Assembly (NCBI GenBank): GCA_964529505.1
Contig: CAZGWR010000014.1
Coordinates: 1,966 to 65,965, forward strand
Direction: 5' to 3'
Source: an uncultured Novosphingobium sp.
GTDB taxonomy: Bacteria > Pseudomonadota > Alphaproteobacteria > Sphingomonadales > Sphingomonadaceae
Length of the DNA stretch: 64,000 bases
Positions 8,397 through 18,494 of the stretch are shown here, piece after piece. A model generated the notes under the pieces. The model saw only the letters and a list, made by a program, of their open reading frames with translations. It was not told the DNA's origin and ran no database searches. Each line of letters begins with the position of its first letter. The stretch's first letter is position 1. A program made the position numbers and the translations under genes.

Positions 8397-9824
8397 ATGA
8401 CCCAAACCTCCGACACGCGCGCGCTGCTCTATCGACCCGGATTGCTTACCCCCGATGACGCGCAGCGGCTGACCGCCGCCGCGCTGGGGGCGTGCGACGA
8501 CGGCGAGCTTTATCTGCAATTCGTCGCCAGCGAGAGCTTTGGCTTTGACGACGGGCGGCTCAAAACCGCCGACTATTCGCGCGATGCCGGGTTCGGACTG
8601 CGCGGGGTTTCGGGCGAGATGACCGGCTTTGCCCATGGCAACGAGATTTCCGCCGCTGCGATCACCAGCGCGGGCGCAACCTTGCAGTTGCTCGATCCGG
8701 CGAAGAACGCGCCCGCGCCGCCGCCGCGCCAGAACAACCGGCACCTTTATACCGATGCCTCGCCGCTCGATGCGGTGCCGTTCGAGGCCAAAGTGCGCCT
8801 GCTGGAAAGCATCGATGCGGCGGCGCGCGCGCGCGATCCGCGTGTGGCGCAAGTTTCGGCCAGCCTCGCGGCCAGTTGGTCGGTGGTCGAGATCGTGCGC
8901 GCCGATGGTTTTGTGGCGCACGATGTGCGCCCGCTGGTGCGGCTCAATGTTTCGATCGTGGCCGAATCGGGCGGGCGGCGCGAGACCGGATCGTTCGGCA
9001 TGGGCGGGCGGCGGCTCTATGACGACCTGTTCGAACCCGCCACGTGGAACCGCGCGATCGACGAGGCGCTGGCGCAGGCGCTGACCAATCTGGAATCGGT
9101 GCCTGCGCCGGCGGGCGAGATGACCGTGCTGCTCGGCCCCGGCTGGCCCGGGGTGCTGCTGCACGAAGCGGTCGGCCATGGGCTCGAAGGCGATTTCAAC
9201 CGCAAGGGCACCAGCGCGTTTTCGGGGCGGATCGGCGAGCGCGTTGCGGCCCCCGGCGTCACCGTGATCGACGATGGCTCAATCCCCGGACGGCGCGGCT
9301 CGCTGACCATCGATGACGAGGGCACGCCAACGCAGGAGAACGTGCTGATCGAGGACGGCATCCTCAAGGGCTATATCCACGACCGGCTCAACGCGCGGCT
9401 GATGGGCGTTGCCCCCACCGGCAACGGGCGGCGCGAAAGCTATGCCCATGCGCCGATGCCGCGCATGACCAACACGTTCATGCGCAGCGGCAGCGATGAT
9501 CCGGCCGAGCTGCTGAGCCGGGTGAAGAACGGCATTTTCGCCAAGGCGTTCGGCGGCGGGCAGGTCGATATCACCAGCGGCAAGTTCGTTTTTTCGTGCA
9601 CCGAGGCGTACCGCGTCGAGAACGGAAAGCTGGGCGCGCCGATCAAGGGCGCGACCCTGATCGGCGACGGGCCGAGCGTGCTGACGCGGGTGCGCGGCAT
9701 CGGCAACGACATGGCGCTCGACGAAGGCGTCGGCGTGTGCGGCAAGGGCGGGCAGAGCGTGCCCGCGGGCGTGGGCCAGCCGACCCTGCTGGTGGACGGG
9801 TTGACCGTGGGCGGGACCGCCTGA
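8397..9824 (+). CDS. tldD: Metalloprotease TldD
   Basis: 475-aa ORF with the LLHEAVGHGLEGDFNRKGTSAF motif and a TldD/PmbA-type C-terminus. Confidence 0.9.
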   Translation: MTQTSDTRALLYRPGLLTPDDAQRLTAAALGACDDGELYLQFVASESFGFDDGRLKTADYSRDAGFGLRGVSGEMTGFAHGNEISAAAITSAGATLQLLDPAKNAPAPPPRQNNRHLYTDASPLDAVPFEAKVRLLESIDAAARARDPRVAQVSASLAASWSVVEIVRADGFVAHDVRPLVRLNVSIVAESGGRRETGSFGMGGRRLYDDLFEPATWNRAIDEALAQALTNLESVPAPAGEMTVLLGPGWPGVLLHEAVGHGLEGDFNRKGTSAFSGRIGERVAAPGVTVIDDGSIPGRRGSLTIDDEGTPTQENVLIEDGILKGYIHDRLNARLMGVAPTGNGRRESYAHAPMPRMTNTFMRSGSDDPAELLSRVKNGIFAKAFGGGQVDITSGKFVFSCTEAYRVENGKLGAPIKGATLIGDGPSVLTRVRGIGNDMALDEGVGVCGKGGQSVPAGVGQPTLLVDGLTVGGTA

Positions 9825-9928
9825 GGCAGGCGCGAAGGATTGCCGGACACCCCGCGTTGATCGTCAGCCAGGGTTAAGCTGGAATGGCTCAACCTGCGGT
9901 CTGGTTAGACTCGGGAAGGATTCTGGTC

Positions 9929-10354
9929 ATGGCTAAGTTCCTGCATGCGATTGGGTTTGTTTTGGCGGCTGGTACGATGCTGGGCGCGCCGCTCGCCGCC
10001 GAGGCCAAGCCCCGGCTTTCCGGCGAAGAGCAGCTGGCCAAGGCGCTCGAAGGCCGCGTGGCGGGCAAGCCGGTGAATTGCATCAACCCTGCGTATTATT
10101 CATCCGTGCGCATCTTCGACAAGACCGCGATCGTTTATGAAACGGGGCGCACGATGTATGTCCAGCGGCCCCGCAGCGGCGCAAGTTCGCTCGACCAGAA
10201 CGCGGTGCTGGTGACGAATATCCGCGGCTCGCAGCTGTGCAGCGTCGATATCGTGCGGCTGCAGGATCGCACCACGTTCTTTTATCGCGGCTTTGTCGGA
10301 CTGGGCGAATTCGTGCCCTATACCCGGCCGGCCAAAGTCGCCCTGGCCGACTGA
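9929..10354 (+). CDS. Hypothetical exported protein
   Basis: ORF 9884..10354 trimmed to MAKFLHAIGFVLAAGTMLGAPLAAEA (signal-peptide-like). No family recognised. Confidence 0.55.
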   Translation: MAKFLHAIGFVLAAGTMLGAPLAAEAKPRLSGEEQLAKALEGRVAGKPVNCINPAYYSSVRIFDKTAIVYETGRTMYVQRPRSGASSLDQNAVLVTNIRGSQLCSVDIVRLQDRTTFFYRGFVGLGEFVPYTRPAKVALAD

Positions 10355-10395
10355 GCCAGCACACGGCGCAGTTGGCAGCGCGCGATCGGGGCGGT

Positions 10396-10923
10396 ATGGC
10401 GCTGGGCATGACCCTTCGCCTCGCCACCCCCGCCGATGCCCTGCCCCTCGCCGACCTTGGTCGCCGCGCGATTGCCGCCAAATTCGAGCATCTTTACAAA
10501 CCCGAAGACTTTGCCGCGTTCAGGGAAAAATCGCATAGCGACGCCACCTTGCAGCGCGAGCTTGCCGATCCGGGCATGCGCATCGCGGTGATCGAGGAGG
10601 ATGGTGCGCTCGCGGCGTTCTGCAAGCTGGTGTTGGACAGCACGCTGCCGCGCGAATTCAGCAATCCGCGCGCGCCGCTCGAGCTCAAGCAGCTGTATAC
10701 CGATCCGGCGCGGATCGGCGGCGGCATGGGGTCGCGGCTGCTGGCATGGGCGATCGACGAAGCGCGCGGCCTGGGTTCGGACGAAGTGCAGCTCACCGTT
10801 TACAGCGAAAACCATGACGCGCAGCGGTTTTACGAGCGCCACGGCTTTGCCAAGATCGCCGATATCGAATTCTGGGTGGGCAACCACTGCGACCCGGAAT
10901 TCCTCTTTGCGCGGCGGCTATAA
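10396..10923 (+). CDS. GNAT-family N-acetyltransferase
   Basis: C-terminal part of ORF 10237..10923 from MALGMTLRLATPADALPLADLGRR. The acetyl-CoA motif is GGGMGSRLLAWAIDEAR...RFYERHGF. The start could also be 10408. Confidence 0.8.
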   Translation: MALGMTLRLATPADALPLADLGRRAIAAKFEHLYKPEDFAAFREKSHSDATLQRELADPGMRIAVIEEDGALAAFCKLVLDSTLPREFSNPRAPLELKQLYTDPARIGGGMGSRLLAWAIDEARGLGSDEVQLTVYSENHDAQRFYERHGFAKIADIEFWVGNHCDPEFLFARRL

Positions 10924-10963
10924 CTTGTAGCGCGGGCCCGGCGCGGCGGCTATAAGCACGGCC

Positions 10964-12118
10964 ATGACATCCATTCGCCCCTGGCGCGATATCGCGCGCC
11001 GCACCTCGCGCCAGATCATGGTCGGTTCCGTTCCCGTGGGCGGCGACGCGCCGATCACGGTGCAGACGATGACCAACACGCTGACCAGCGATCCGGTCGC
11101 CACGATCAACCAGATCCGGCGCTGCGAGGATGCCGGGGCCGATATCATCCGGGTGTCGTGCCCCGATGTGGAAAGCACCGCCGCGCTGGGCAAGATCGTG
11201 CGCGCGGCGCGCATCCCGATCGTCGCCGACATCCATTTCCACTATCAGCGCGCGCTGGAAGCTGCGGACGCGGGCGCGGCCTGCCTGCGCATCAATCCGG
11301 GCAATATCGGCAGCAACGCGCGCGTCGCCGAAGTGGTGCGCGCGGCCAAGGCCAATGGCTGCGCGATCCGCATCGGCGTGAACGCGGGCAGCCTCGAGAG
11401 GGACTTGCTCGAAAAATACGGCGAGCCCTGCCCCGAAGCGCTGATCGAGAGCGCGCTCGATCATATCAAGCTGCTGCAGGATCACGATTTCCACGAATAC
11501 AAAGTGGCGGTGAAAGCCAGCGACGTGTTCCTCGCGGTCGCGGCCTATATGGGCCTTGCCGAGGCGGTCGATTGCCCGCTGCATCTGGGCATAACCGAGG
11601 CGGGCGGATTGATCGGCGGCACGGTGAAATCGGCGATCGGCCTCGGCAATCTGCTGTGGGCGGGGATCGGCGACACGATCCGCGTCTCGCTCTCGGCCGA
11701 GCCCGAAGAGGAAGTGCGCGTCGGCTTTGAAATCCTGAAATCATTGGGCCTGCGTACGCGCGGGGTGCGCGTGGTCTCGTGCCCGAGCTGCGCGCGGCAG
11801 GGCTTCGACGTGATCCGCACGGTCGAAGCGCTCGAAAGCCGCCTCAGCCACATCAAGACCCCGCTCTCGCTCTCGGTGCTGGGCTGCGTGGTCAATGGCC
11901 CCGGCGAAGCGCGCGAGACCGACATCGGCCTGACCGGCGGCGGCAACGGCAAGCACATGGTCTACCTCTCGGGCGTGACCGACCATACCGTGCAGAGCGA
12001 GGACATGCTCGAGCACATCGTCGCGCTGGTTGAAGCCAAAGCGGCGGAGATGGAAGCGGCGGCGGATGCGGCCGCGGGCCAGAGCGACGCGGGCAAGGTG
12101 ACCGAAGCGGCGGAATAA
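10964..12118 (+). CDS. ispG: 4-hydroxy-3-methylbut-2-en-1-yl diphosphate synthase
   Basis: 384-aa ORF with [20 protein letters not shown] and [11 protein letters not shown] Fe-S motifs. Confidence 0.92.
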   Translation: MTSIRPWRDIARRTSRQIMVGSVPVGGDAPITVQTMTNTLTSDPVATINQIRRCEDAGADIIRVSCPDVESTAALGKIVRAARIPIVADIHFHYQRALEAADAGAACLRINPGNIGSNARVAEVVRAAKANGCAIRIGVNAGSLERDLLEKYGEPCPEALIESALDHIKLLQDHDFHEYKVAVKASDVFLAVAAYMGLAEAVDCPLHLGITEAGGLIGGTVKSAIGLGNLLWAGIGDTIRVSLSAEPEEEVRVGFEILKSLGLRTRGVRVVSCPSCARQGFDVIRTVEALESRLSHIKTPLSLSVLGCVVNGPGEARETDIGLTGGGNGKHMVYLSGVTDHTVQSEDMLEHIVALVEAKAAEMEAAADAAAGQSDAGKVTEAAE

Positions 12119-12188
12119 CCTTTGTGCTAGACGGGCAGCGGGCGTTCTTCGCAATTTGCTAATCACTTTGCGGCAAGGATGAGGCGGC

Positions 12189-12734
12189 ATGCTGCGCGTT
12201 TTGATCTTTGCCTGGGTGGTCATTGGCCTTGCCGTGGTGGTCGGGCCGATGCTCGATGTCGGCTCTGCAGGCAGACCGGGCGTGATGCCGGCCAGTTCGG
12301 GCGCGGCGACCAAGCCCAGCCGCAAGACCGACCTGTTTGGCAAGGACGAGCCGGGAACGGAATCGCAAGGGGACGTCACCGTGATCCGGCGCGATTCGAC
12401 CGGCCAGTTTCATCTCGAGGTCGATGTGGGCGGCGCAGAGATAACGTTCCTGATCGATACCGGGGCCGATGTCGTCGCGCTGACCGAGGACGATGCGCAG
12501 ACGCTGGGGATCACCCCCGATGCCGACAGTTTCCGCCCGATCCTGCGCACCGCATCGGGCACCGGGATGGGCGCGCCCGTCCAGCTAGAGCGGATGACCG
12601 TTGCCGGGCATGAATTGGAAAATGTGTCGGCGGTGGTGGTGCCCGATCTGCCGGTGAGCCTGCTCGGCCAATCGGCGCTGCGGCGGCTGGGCAGCGTGAC
12701 CCTGCAAGGCGACCGGTTGATCATCACGGGGTGA
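12189..12734 (+). CDS. Retropepsin-like (clan AA, TIGR02281-type) aspartic protease, membrane anchored
   Basis: 181-aa ORF with an N-terminal TM helix and the FLIDTGADVVALT active-site motif. Confidence 0.75.
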   Translation: MLRVLIFAWVVIGLAVVVGPMLDVGSAGRPGVMPASSGAATKPSRKTDLFGKDEPGTESQGDVTVIRRDSTGQFHLEVDVGGAEITFLIDTGADVVALTEDDAQTLGITPDADSFRPILRTASGTGMGAPVQLERMTVAGHELENVSAVVVPDLPVSLLGQSALRRLGSVTLQGDRLIITG

Positions 12735-12794
12735 GTAGTCAGACCTTGTGCGCGGTCAGGTCCTGAATTAACACTGGGACCCAAGGAGTCCTTT

Positions 12795-13079
12795 ATGTCC
12801 CATCATGCCAAACTTATCAAAGGCGGCAAAGTGGTCATTCCTGCCGATCTGCGCCGCGAATTCGGGTTTGAGGACGGCGATACGCTTGTCTTTGAGCGGG
12901 GGGAGAATGGCCTCGTCATCAAGACTTATGTGCAAGTCGTGCGCGAGGTCCAAGCTCAGTTCAAGGCGATGCTGGGAGATGGAGCTGGTTCGCTTGTCGA
13001 TGAGCTGATCGCGGAACGGCGCGCCGAAGCAAGAGCCGAAACATTGGCCGAAACGTCGTCCGAACTTGGGCACGAATGA
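12795..13079 (+). CDS. vapB: AbrB/MazE/SpoVT-type antitoxin (VapB-like)
   Basis: 94-aa ORF. MSHHAKLIKGGKVVIPADLRREFGFEDGDTLVFE is a SpoVT-AbrB swapped-hairpin motif. It overlaps the downstream PIN gene by 4 nt. Confidence 0.8.
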   Translation: MSHHAKLIKGGKVVIPADLRREFGFEDGDTLVFERGENGLVIKTYVQVVREVQAQFKAMLGDGAGSLVDELIAERRAEARAETLAETSSELGHE

Positions 13080-13456
13080 GCGTCATTCTCGATGCCTCCG
13101 CCATGTTGGCGCTGTTGCAGGATGAACCCGGTGCCGACACCGTACTTCCGCTTGCCCAAGGTAGCCGACTGTTATCAGTCAATTTTTGCGAGGTGCTGCA
13201 ACGCATTCTTGCAAAGGGCGGAACAGCGGCGCTGGCAGATAAGGCACTTGATCGCCTTGAGATCGCGGTAGTCCCGTTCGATCAACCGCTTGCACGCATT
13301 GCTGCCGACCTGCGCGAACCCACCCGTTTCATGGGCGCATCGTTGGCAGACCGGGCCTGCCTCGCACTCGGCGTCGCCACTGGCTTACCGATCCTGTCAG
13401 GCGATCGCGAGTGGGCCAAGCTTGAACTCGGCATTGATATCAGGATGATCCGATGA
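13076..13456 (+). CDS. vapC: PIN-domain toxin VapC
   Basis: 126-aa ORF with MSVILDASAMLALLQDEPG at the start and later ADRACLALG...PILSGDREW, matching the acidic PIN residues. Confidence 0.85.
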   Translation: MSVILDASAMLALLQDEPGADTVLPLAQGSRLLSVNFCEVLQRILAKGGTAALADKALDRLEIAVVPFDQPLARIAADLREPTRFMGASLADRACLALGVATGLPILSGDREWAKLELGIDIRMIR

Positions 13457-13953
13457 CCGCCAAACTCTCCATCCGCCCCGCACTCCCCGCCGATCTGCAG
13501 CTTATCGCCGAGCTGATCCGCGCGCTCGCTGACTATGAGCAGCTGGCCCAGGAGGTGCGCTTTGACGAGGCGGTGCTGGGGGAGCGGCTTTTTGGCGCGC
13601 GGCCTTATGCCGAGGTGCTGATCGGCGAGGTGGATGGCGCGGCGCAGGGGTTTGCGCTGTTCTTTCATAACTTTTCGACCTTCGAGGGGCGGCCTGGGAT
13701 CTATCTGGAAGACCTGTTCGTGCGGCCCGAAGCGCGCGGCAGCGGGCTGGGCAAGGCGCTGCTGGCGAAGCTTGCGGCGCTGACGGTGGAGCGCGATTGC
13801 GCGCGGCTGGAATGGTCGGTGCTCGATTGGAACGAGCCGGCAATCGGCTTTTACCGGGGCCTCGGCGCGCGGATGATGGATGCGTGGACGATGATGCGGG
13901 TCGATGGGGCGGCGCTCGCCAAATTGGGCGCAGAGGCTGTAAAAACCGCGTGA
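13453..13953 (+). CDS. GNAT-family N-acetyltransferase (diamine/SSAT-like)
   Basis: 166-aa ORF with the IYLEDLFVRPEARGSGLGKALL...GFYRGLGA motif. Its ATG overlaps the vapC stop (ATGA). Confidence 0.85.
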   Translation: MTAKLSIRPALPADLQLIAELIRALADYEQLAQEVRFDEAVLGERLFGARPYAEVLIGEVDGAAQGFALFFHNFSTFEGRPGIYLEDLFVRPEARGSGLGKALLAKLAALTVERDCARLEWSVLDWNEPAIGFYRGLGARMMDAWTMMRVDGAALAKLGAEAVKTA

Positions 13954-13998
13954 GCGCTGATAGACTGTGTTCATCGCATGGGCAGTAATGTGCGGACG

Positions 13999-14625
13999 AT
14001 GAGCAAGGCCAAGACCACAAGACGCGAACTGATCGCAGGGATGGGGGCGGGCGCGGCTGCGCTGGCCCTGCCGCCGCGCGTCTTTGCGCAAGCCTTTTCG
14101 ATCAGCGAGCAACATCGCCGCGTGCTGGGCGTGGCGCGCGAGCAAGTGGCGCGGATGGCGGGTCGGCTGTGGCGCACCGATATCGCGGGAATCGCGGACT
14201 TTTCGCTGCCATCCTCATTGCCGCGCTTTCACTTCGCCGATCTGGAAAAGGGCACGGTGCGCTCGTTTCTGGTGGCGCACGGCAAGGGATCGGACCCCGA
14301 ACACGACGGGTTCCTGAAAGCGTTTTCCAACGAGGTCGGCAGCCTCGCCACCTCGCGCGGGGCCTATATCACCAACGAGTGGTATGTCGGCCGCTATGGC
14401 ACCTCGATTCGCCTCGTCGGGGCCGATCCGGACAATACCAATGTGCTCGAACGCGCGATCGTGCTGCACAAGGCTTGGTATGCCAATCCGGCGATGCTCG
14501 AAAAATGGGGCAAGCTCGGCCGTAGCGACGGATGCTTCGCGATGGGCGAGGCCGATTTCAACGAGGCGCTGTGGCACCTTTCGGGCGGGCGGCTGATCTA
14601 TGCCGACCGGCTAGGGCTTAGCTAA
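13999..14625 (+). CDS. Murein L,D-transpeptidase catalytic-domain family protein (YkuD_2-like), Tat-exported
   Basis: ORF 13978..14625. It has a twin-arginine signal (MSKAKTTRRELIAGMGAGAAALAL) and a C-terminal GRSDGCFAM catalytic-Cys context. Confidence 0.7.
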   Translation: MSKAKTTRRELIAGMGAGAAALALPPRVFAQAFSISEQHRRVLGVAREQVARMAGRLWRTDIAGIADFSLPSSLPRFHFADLEKGTVRSFLVAHGKGSDPEHDGFLKAFSNEVGSLATSRGAYITNEWYVGRYGTSIRLVGADPDNTNVLERAIVLHKAWYANPAMLEKWGKLGRSDGCFAMGEADFNEALWHLSGGRLIYADRLGLS

Positions 14626-14637
14626 GCAGGGCGCATT

Positions 14638-15069
14638 TCAGGCGGTGGCCATAGCCGCCGGCGAGCCCGCGACGAACCGGTCGACCAGTTCGCGGGCCAG
14701 CCGCGCCGGACGCAAGGTGACCGCATCGAGGCAGCACCAGCTCGATTTGACTTCTGCCAAAACAACTTCGCCGCGCTTGATGATCGTTTCATAGAACGCG
14801 CGCGCGCCGTGCACTTTTTCGAGCAGCACGTGCGCGATCACCACATCTTCGAGGAACGTGGGGCGGCGATAGGTGATGTTGTGATTGGTCGCGACCCAGA
14901 CATGCCCGGAAACGGCCTCAGCAGGCGCAAGCGCGCGCCAGTGATCGACGACGGCGTCCTGCACCCATTTGAGGTATGACGCGTTGTTGACATGCCCCAT
15001 GAAGTCGATGTCGACAGGATCGATCGCGATGGCGAACTGATGCGGGATGAAACTGCTCACAATGACCAA
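14638..15069 (-). CDS. Acyl-CoA thioesterase (4HBT/YbgC-like hotdog fold)
   Basis: 143-aa ORF. VDIDFMGHVNNASYLKWVQDA is typical of 4HBT thioesterases. Confidence 0.8.
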   Translation of the reverse strand: MVIVSSFIPHQFAIAIDPVDIDFMGHVNNASYLKWVQDAVVDHWRALAPAEAVSGHVWVATNHNITYRRPTFLEDVVIAHVLLEKVHGARAFYETIIKRGEVVLAEVKSSWCCLDAVTLRPARLARELVDRFVAGSPAAMATA

Positions 15070-15111
15070 AGTAACACTTGCTGGTTCGATTCGGTAGTGC
15101 GCGTGCCGAGT

Positions 15112-15462
15112 TTAATTTGCCAGTGCGCGGGTCCATTCCTGAACATTGAAGCCGATCAGCAGCCCGCCGGGATATTCGGCGATGGGCCGCTTGATCAGCG
15201 ACGGCTGGTCGGCCATCAGCGCAATTGCCTTTGCCGCATCGAGATCGGCCTTTTGCGCCTCATCGAGCTTGCGGAAGGTGGTTCCGGCGCGATTGAGCAC
15301 TTTGTCGAGACCGGCCCCCGCGATCCACCGCGCGAGCTGCGCCGGATCGGCCCCGGCCTTCTTGTAGTCATGGAAAGCATAGGCGATGCCTTGCGCATCA
15401 AGCCACGCCCGCGCCTTTTTGACCGTGTCGCAATTGGGGATGCCGTAGATCGTGATGGTCAT
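15112..15462 (-). CDS. ArsC/Spx/YffB-family reductase-like protein
   Basis: 116-aa ORF with [28 protein letters not shown]...LIKRPI. Confidence 0.85.
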   Translation of the reverse strand: MTITIYGIPNCDTVKKARAWLDAQGIAYAFHDYKKAGADPAQLARWIAGAGLDKVLNRAGTTFRKLDEAQKADLDAAKAIALMADQPSLIKRPIAEYPGGLLIGFNVQEWTRALAN

Positions 15463-15770
15463 GCCTCGTCCCGTTTGAAATGATGAACCCGGCTCGGCGT
15501 TCCGGCAAACAAGGTGTAGTTCTCATAGTACTCGGTGCGCCCCTTGCCCTGCATTTGCGCATGCGATGCCACACGCCGCCATGCAAGCGCGGCCGCCTCG
15601 TCCACCCATTCGCTGATCGCCACGACTTCGCCGTCCTGGGCAGTATAGCTTTTGAACGAGAGGTAACCGGGCTGCGCTTTGGCCAGCCGCCACATGGCAT
15701 CGGCATCGTGCGCATAAGCGGCGCTGTCGATGTCGGCGCGCTTGCGGTTGCGAAAGACGACGAGAAACAT
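15459..15770 (-). CDS. Antibiotic-biosynthesis-monooxygenase (ABM) family protein
   Basis: ORF 15459..15824 trimmed to [15 protein letters not shown]...[21 protein letters not shown]. Its stop overlaps the ArsC-like start. Confidence 0.7.
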   Translation of the reverse strand: MFLVVFRNRKRADIDSAAYAHDADAMWRLAKAQPGYLSFKSYTAQDGEVVAISEWVDEAAALAWRRVASHAQMQGKGRTEYYENYTLFAGTPSRVHHFKRDEA

Positions 15771-15844
15771 GGCGGCCTGATAGCGCGCACGGCGCGGTGC
15801 CGGAAGGTGGACATTTGCGCCCATTCGCGATTAAGCCCTCGGCC

Positions 15845-16927
15845 ATGAGCTTCAACAGTTTCGGACATGTGTTTCGCTTCACCACCTGGGGGGAAAGCCA
15901 CGGGCCTGCGCTGGGCGCGGTGGTCGATGGGTGCCCGCCGGGGCTTGTGCTGAGCGAGGGCGACATTCAGCCCTTTCTTGACGCGCGCCGCCCCGGCCAA
16001 TCGCGCTTTACCACGCAGCGGCAGGAGCCCGATGCGGTGCGCATCCTTTCGGGCGTGTTCGCCAGCCCAGATGGAATCCAACGCACCACCGGCACGCCGA
16101 TTTCGCTGATGATCGAGAACGTCGATCAGCGCTCGAAGGACTATTCCGAGGTCGCCAAGGCCTATCGCCCCGGGCATGCCGACTATGCCTATGACGCGAA
16201 GTACGGCTTTCGCGACTATCGCGGCGGCGGGCGCTCTTCGGCGCGCGAGACCGCGGCGCGGGTCGCGGCGGGCGGCGTGGCGCGGCTGGTCATCCCCGAA
16301 GTGACAATCACCGGATGGGTCAGCGCAATCGGCGGCGACGCGATCGACATGGCCAATTTCGATTCGGCCGAAATCGCGCGCAATCCGTTTTTCTGCCCCG
16401 ACGCGGCGGCAGCCGCGCGCTGGGAAGCGCTGGTCGATGGCGCGCGCAAGGCGGGGTCTTCATTGGGCGCGGTGGTGGAATGCGCGGCAGAGGGCGTGCC
16501 CGCCGGTTGGGGCGCGCCGCTTTATGCCAAGCTCGATGCCGAGCTGGCGCACGCGATGATGGGGATAAATGCGGTAAAAGGTGTGGAGATCGGCGATGGC
16601 TTTGCCGCCGCGCGCGGCACCGGCGAAAGCAATGCCGATGCGATGCGCCCCGGCAGCGACGGCCCGGCGTTCCTCGCGAACCATGCCGGCGGGATCGCGG
16701 GCGGCATTTCGACCGGGCAGCCGGTGCTGGTGCGGGTGGCGTTCAAGCCGACCTCGTCGATCCTGACCCCGGTGGAGACGGTGACGCGCGAGGGCGCGGC
16801 GACCGAACTGATGACCAAGGGGCGGCATGACCCCTGCGTCGGCATTCGCGGGGTGCCGGTCGTCGAGGCGATGATGGCGCTGGTGCTGGCGGATCAGAAG
16901 CTGCTGCACCGGGCGCAGTGTGGGTGA
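15845..16927 (+). CDS. aroC: Chorismate synthase
   Basis: ORF 15797..16927 trimmed to [24 protein letters not shown], with GRHDPCVG later in the protein. Confidence 0.93.
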   Translation: MSFNSFGHVFRFTTWGESHGPALGAVVDGCPPGLVLSEGDIQPFLDARRPGQSRFTTQRQEPDAVRILSGVFASPDGIQRTTGTPISLMIENVDQRSKDYSEVAKAYRPGHADYAYDAKYGFRDYRGGGRSSARETAARVAAGGVARLVIPEVTITGWVSAIGGDAIDMANFDSAEIARNPFFCPDAAAAARWEALVDGARKAGSSLGAVVECAAEGVPAGWGAPLYAKLDAELAHAMMGINAVKGVEIGDGFAAARGTGESNADAMRPGSDGPAFLANHAGGIAGGISTGQPVLVRVAFKPTSSILTPVETVTREGAATELMTKGRHDPCVGIRGVPVVEAMMALVLADQKLLHRAQCG

Positions 16928-16961
16928 ATTTAGGCATTGCTTGAAGAAGGCCCACCCCCAA

Positions 16962-17072
16962 CCCCTCCCGCAAGCGGGAGGGGAGCAGGATGGGGCAACC
17001 CCTCCCGCAAGCGGGAGGGGAGAAGGATGGGGCAGCCCCTCCCGCAAACGGGAGGGGGGCAGGAGGGCGGCG
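16962..17072. repeat. Tandem 37-bp repeat x3, each unit carrying the hairpin CCCCTCCCGCAAGCGGGAGGGG
   Basis: Units start at 16962, 16999 and 17036 (read directly). Each has a stem of about 9 bp with a GCAA loop. The array lies between aroC and the symporter gene. Confidence 0.9.
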
Positions 17073-17160
17073 GTCTGAGGCCACGGCCTGCGCCGGGGCG
17101 CGGGTTGCCTAATGGCCGCGTGCCGCTAGTCTGGCTGGACCATCACGGGAGCCACGCATT

Positions 17161-18471
17161 TTGGGCAAGCGACTGACACTCTATATCGTGATCGCGATGA
17201 TCGCGGGCATCCTCACAGGATATGTGCTCAATCGCGCCTATCCGGCGGACAGCCCGACCTTGTTGTCGATCGCCGATACGCTCAAGCTGCTGCCCGATGT
17301 GTTCCTGCACCTGATCAAGATGATCATCGCGCCGCTGATTCTGGCGACTTTGGTGACCGGGATTGCCAGCATGGGCGACAGCGCTGCGCTCGGCCGGATC
17401 GGCGGGCGGGCGCTGGCGTGGTTCATCACCGCCAGCCTGATCTCGATCTCGCTCGGGCTGCTCCTCGTCAATCTGTTTCAGCCCGGCGTCGGCCTGCAAT
17501 TCACCGCCGCCGCGCCGGTGGAAGCGCTGGCGACGGGCGAGTTCACACTGCGCCATTTCGTGCTCGAGGTGTTCCCGACAAGCGCGCTCGACGCGATGGC
17601 GAAGAACAATGTGCTCCAGATCCTGATCTTCTCGCTGTTTGCCGGGGTGGCGCTGGCCGCGATCGGCGAGGAAGGCGCGCCATTGGTGCGCGGGGCCGAG
17701 GCGCTTGCCACCTTGATGCTGACGATCACCGACTATGTCATGCGCTTTGCGCCGTTTGCCGTGTTCGGCGCGCTGGCTTCGGTGATCGCCACGCGCGGGG
17801 TCGGGATCATCGTGACGTACGGCGTGTTTGTCGGCGAGTTCTACTTTGCCTTGCTCTTGCTATGGGTCTTGCTGCTCGGCATGGGCGGGATCTTCCTCGG
17901 CAAGCGCGTGCTGCTCTTGGCGCGCTATATCCGCGAGCCGCTGCTGCTGGCGTTCTCCACCGCGAGCTCGGAAAGCGCGCTGCCCAAACTGTTCGAGCAG
18001 CTCGACCGGTTCGGCGTGCCGCGCCGGATCTCTGGCTTCGTGCTGCCGCTGGGCTACAGCTTCAATCTCGACGGATCGATGATCTACACCAGCTTTGCCA
18101 CGCTGTTCATCGCGCAGGCTTACGGGATTCAGCTGAGCGCGGGGCAACAGATTGCCATGCTGCTCACGCTGATGATCACCTCGAAGGGTATCGCCGGGGT
18201 GCCGCGCGCCAGCCTGGTGGTGATCGCGGCGACGCTCACGCAATTCGGCCTGCCGGTGGAGGGCATCGCGCTGCTGCTGGGGGTGGATACCTTCCTCGAC
18301 ATGGGCCGCACCGCGACCAATGTGGTGGGCAATGCGGTCGCGACCACCGTGATCACCAAGTGGGAGGGCATGCTCCAGCCGCCGATGGACCCCGATGCGA
18401 CCGCGCCCCTGCCGCCGTTCGACACGCCCGAGCATGGGCGGCGGGGGCTGAATCTGGACCCGGATCAGTAG
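17161..18471 (+). CDS. Dicarboxylate/amino acid:cation symporter (DAACS, DctA/GltP-like)
   Basis: 436-aa ORF with a TTG start. It is multi-TM and has SSESALP and GVPRASLVVIAATL motifs typical of the family. Confidence 0.88.
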   Translation: MGKRLTLYIVIAMIAGILTGYVLNRAYPADSPTLLSIADTLKLLPDVFLHLIKMIIAPLILATLVTGIASMGDSAALGRIGGRALAWFITASLISISLGLLLVNLFQPGVGLQFTAAAPVEALATGEFTLRHFVLEVFPTSALDAMAKNNVLQILIFSLFAGVALAAIGEEGAPLVRGAEALATLMLTITDYVMRFAPFAVFGALASVIATRGVGIIVTYGVFVGEFYFALLLLWVLLLGMGGIFLGKRVLLLARYIREPLLLAFSTASSESALPKLFEQLDRFGVPRRISGFVLPLGYSFNLDGSMIYTSFATLFIAQAYGIQLSAGQQIAMLLTLMITSKGIAGVPRASLVVIAATLTQFGLPVEGIALLLGVDTFLDMGRTATNVVGNAVATTVITKWEGMLQPPMDPDATAPLPPFDTPEHGRRGLNLDPDQ

Positions 18472-18494
18472 AAGATCGGTTCGCGCGGAGGTCC

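Noticed and set aside
8139-9179. 346-aa minus-strand ORF.
   Set aside because: It is an antisense shadow of tldD with an Arg/Gly-rich composition.
16962-17072. The tandem 37-bp repeats considered as a CRISPR array.
   Set aside because: The units are directly abutting with no unique spacers, there are only three copies, and no cas genes are nearby. It is a hairpin tandem repeat.
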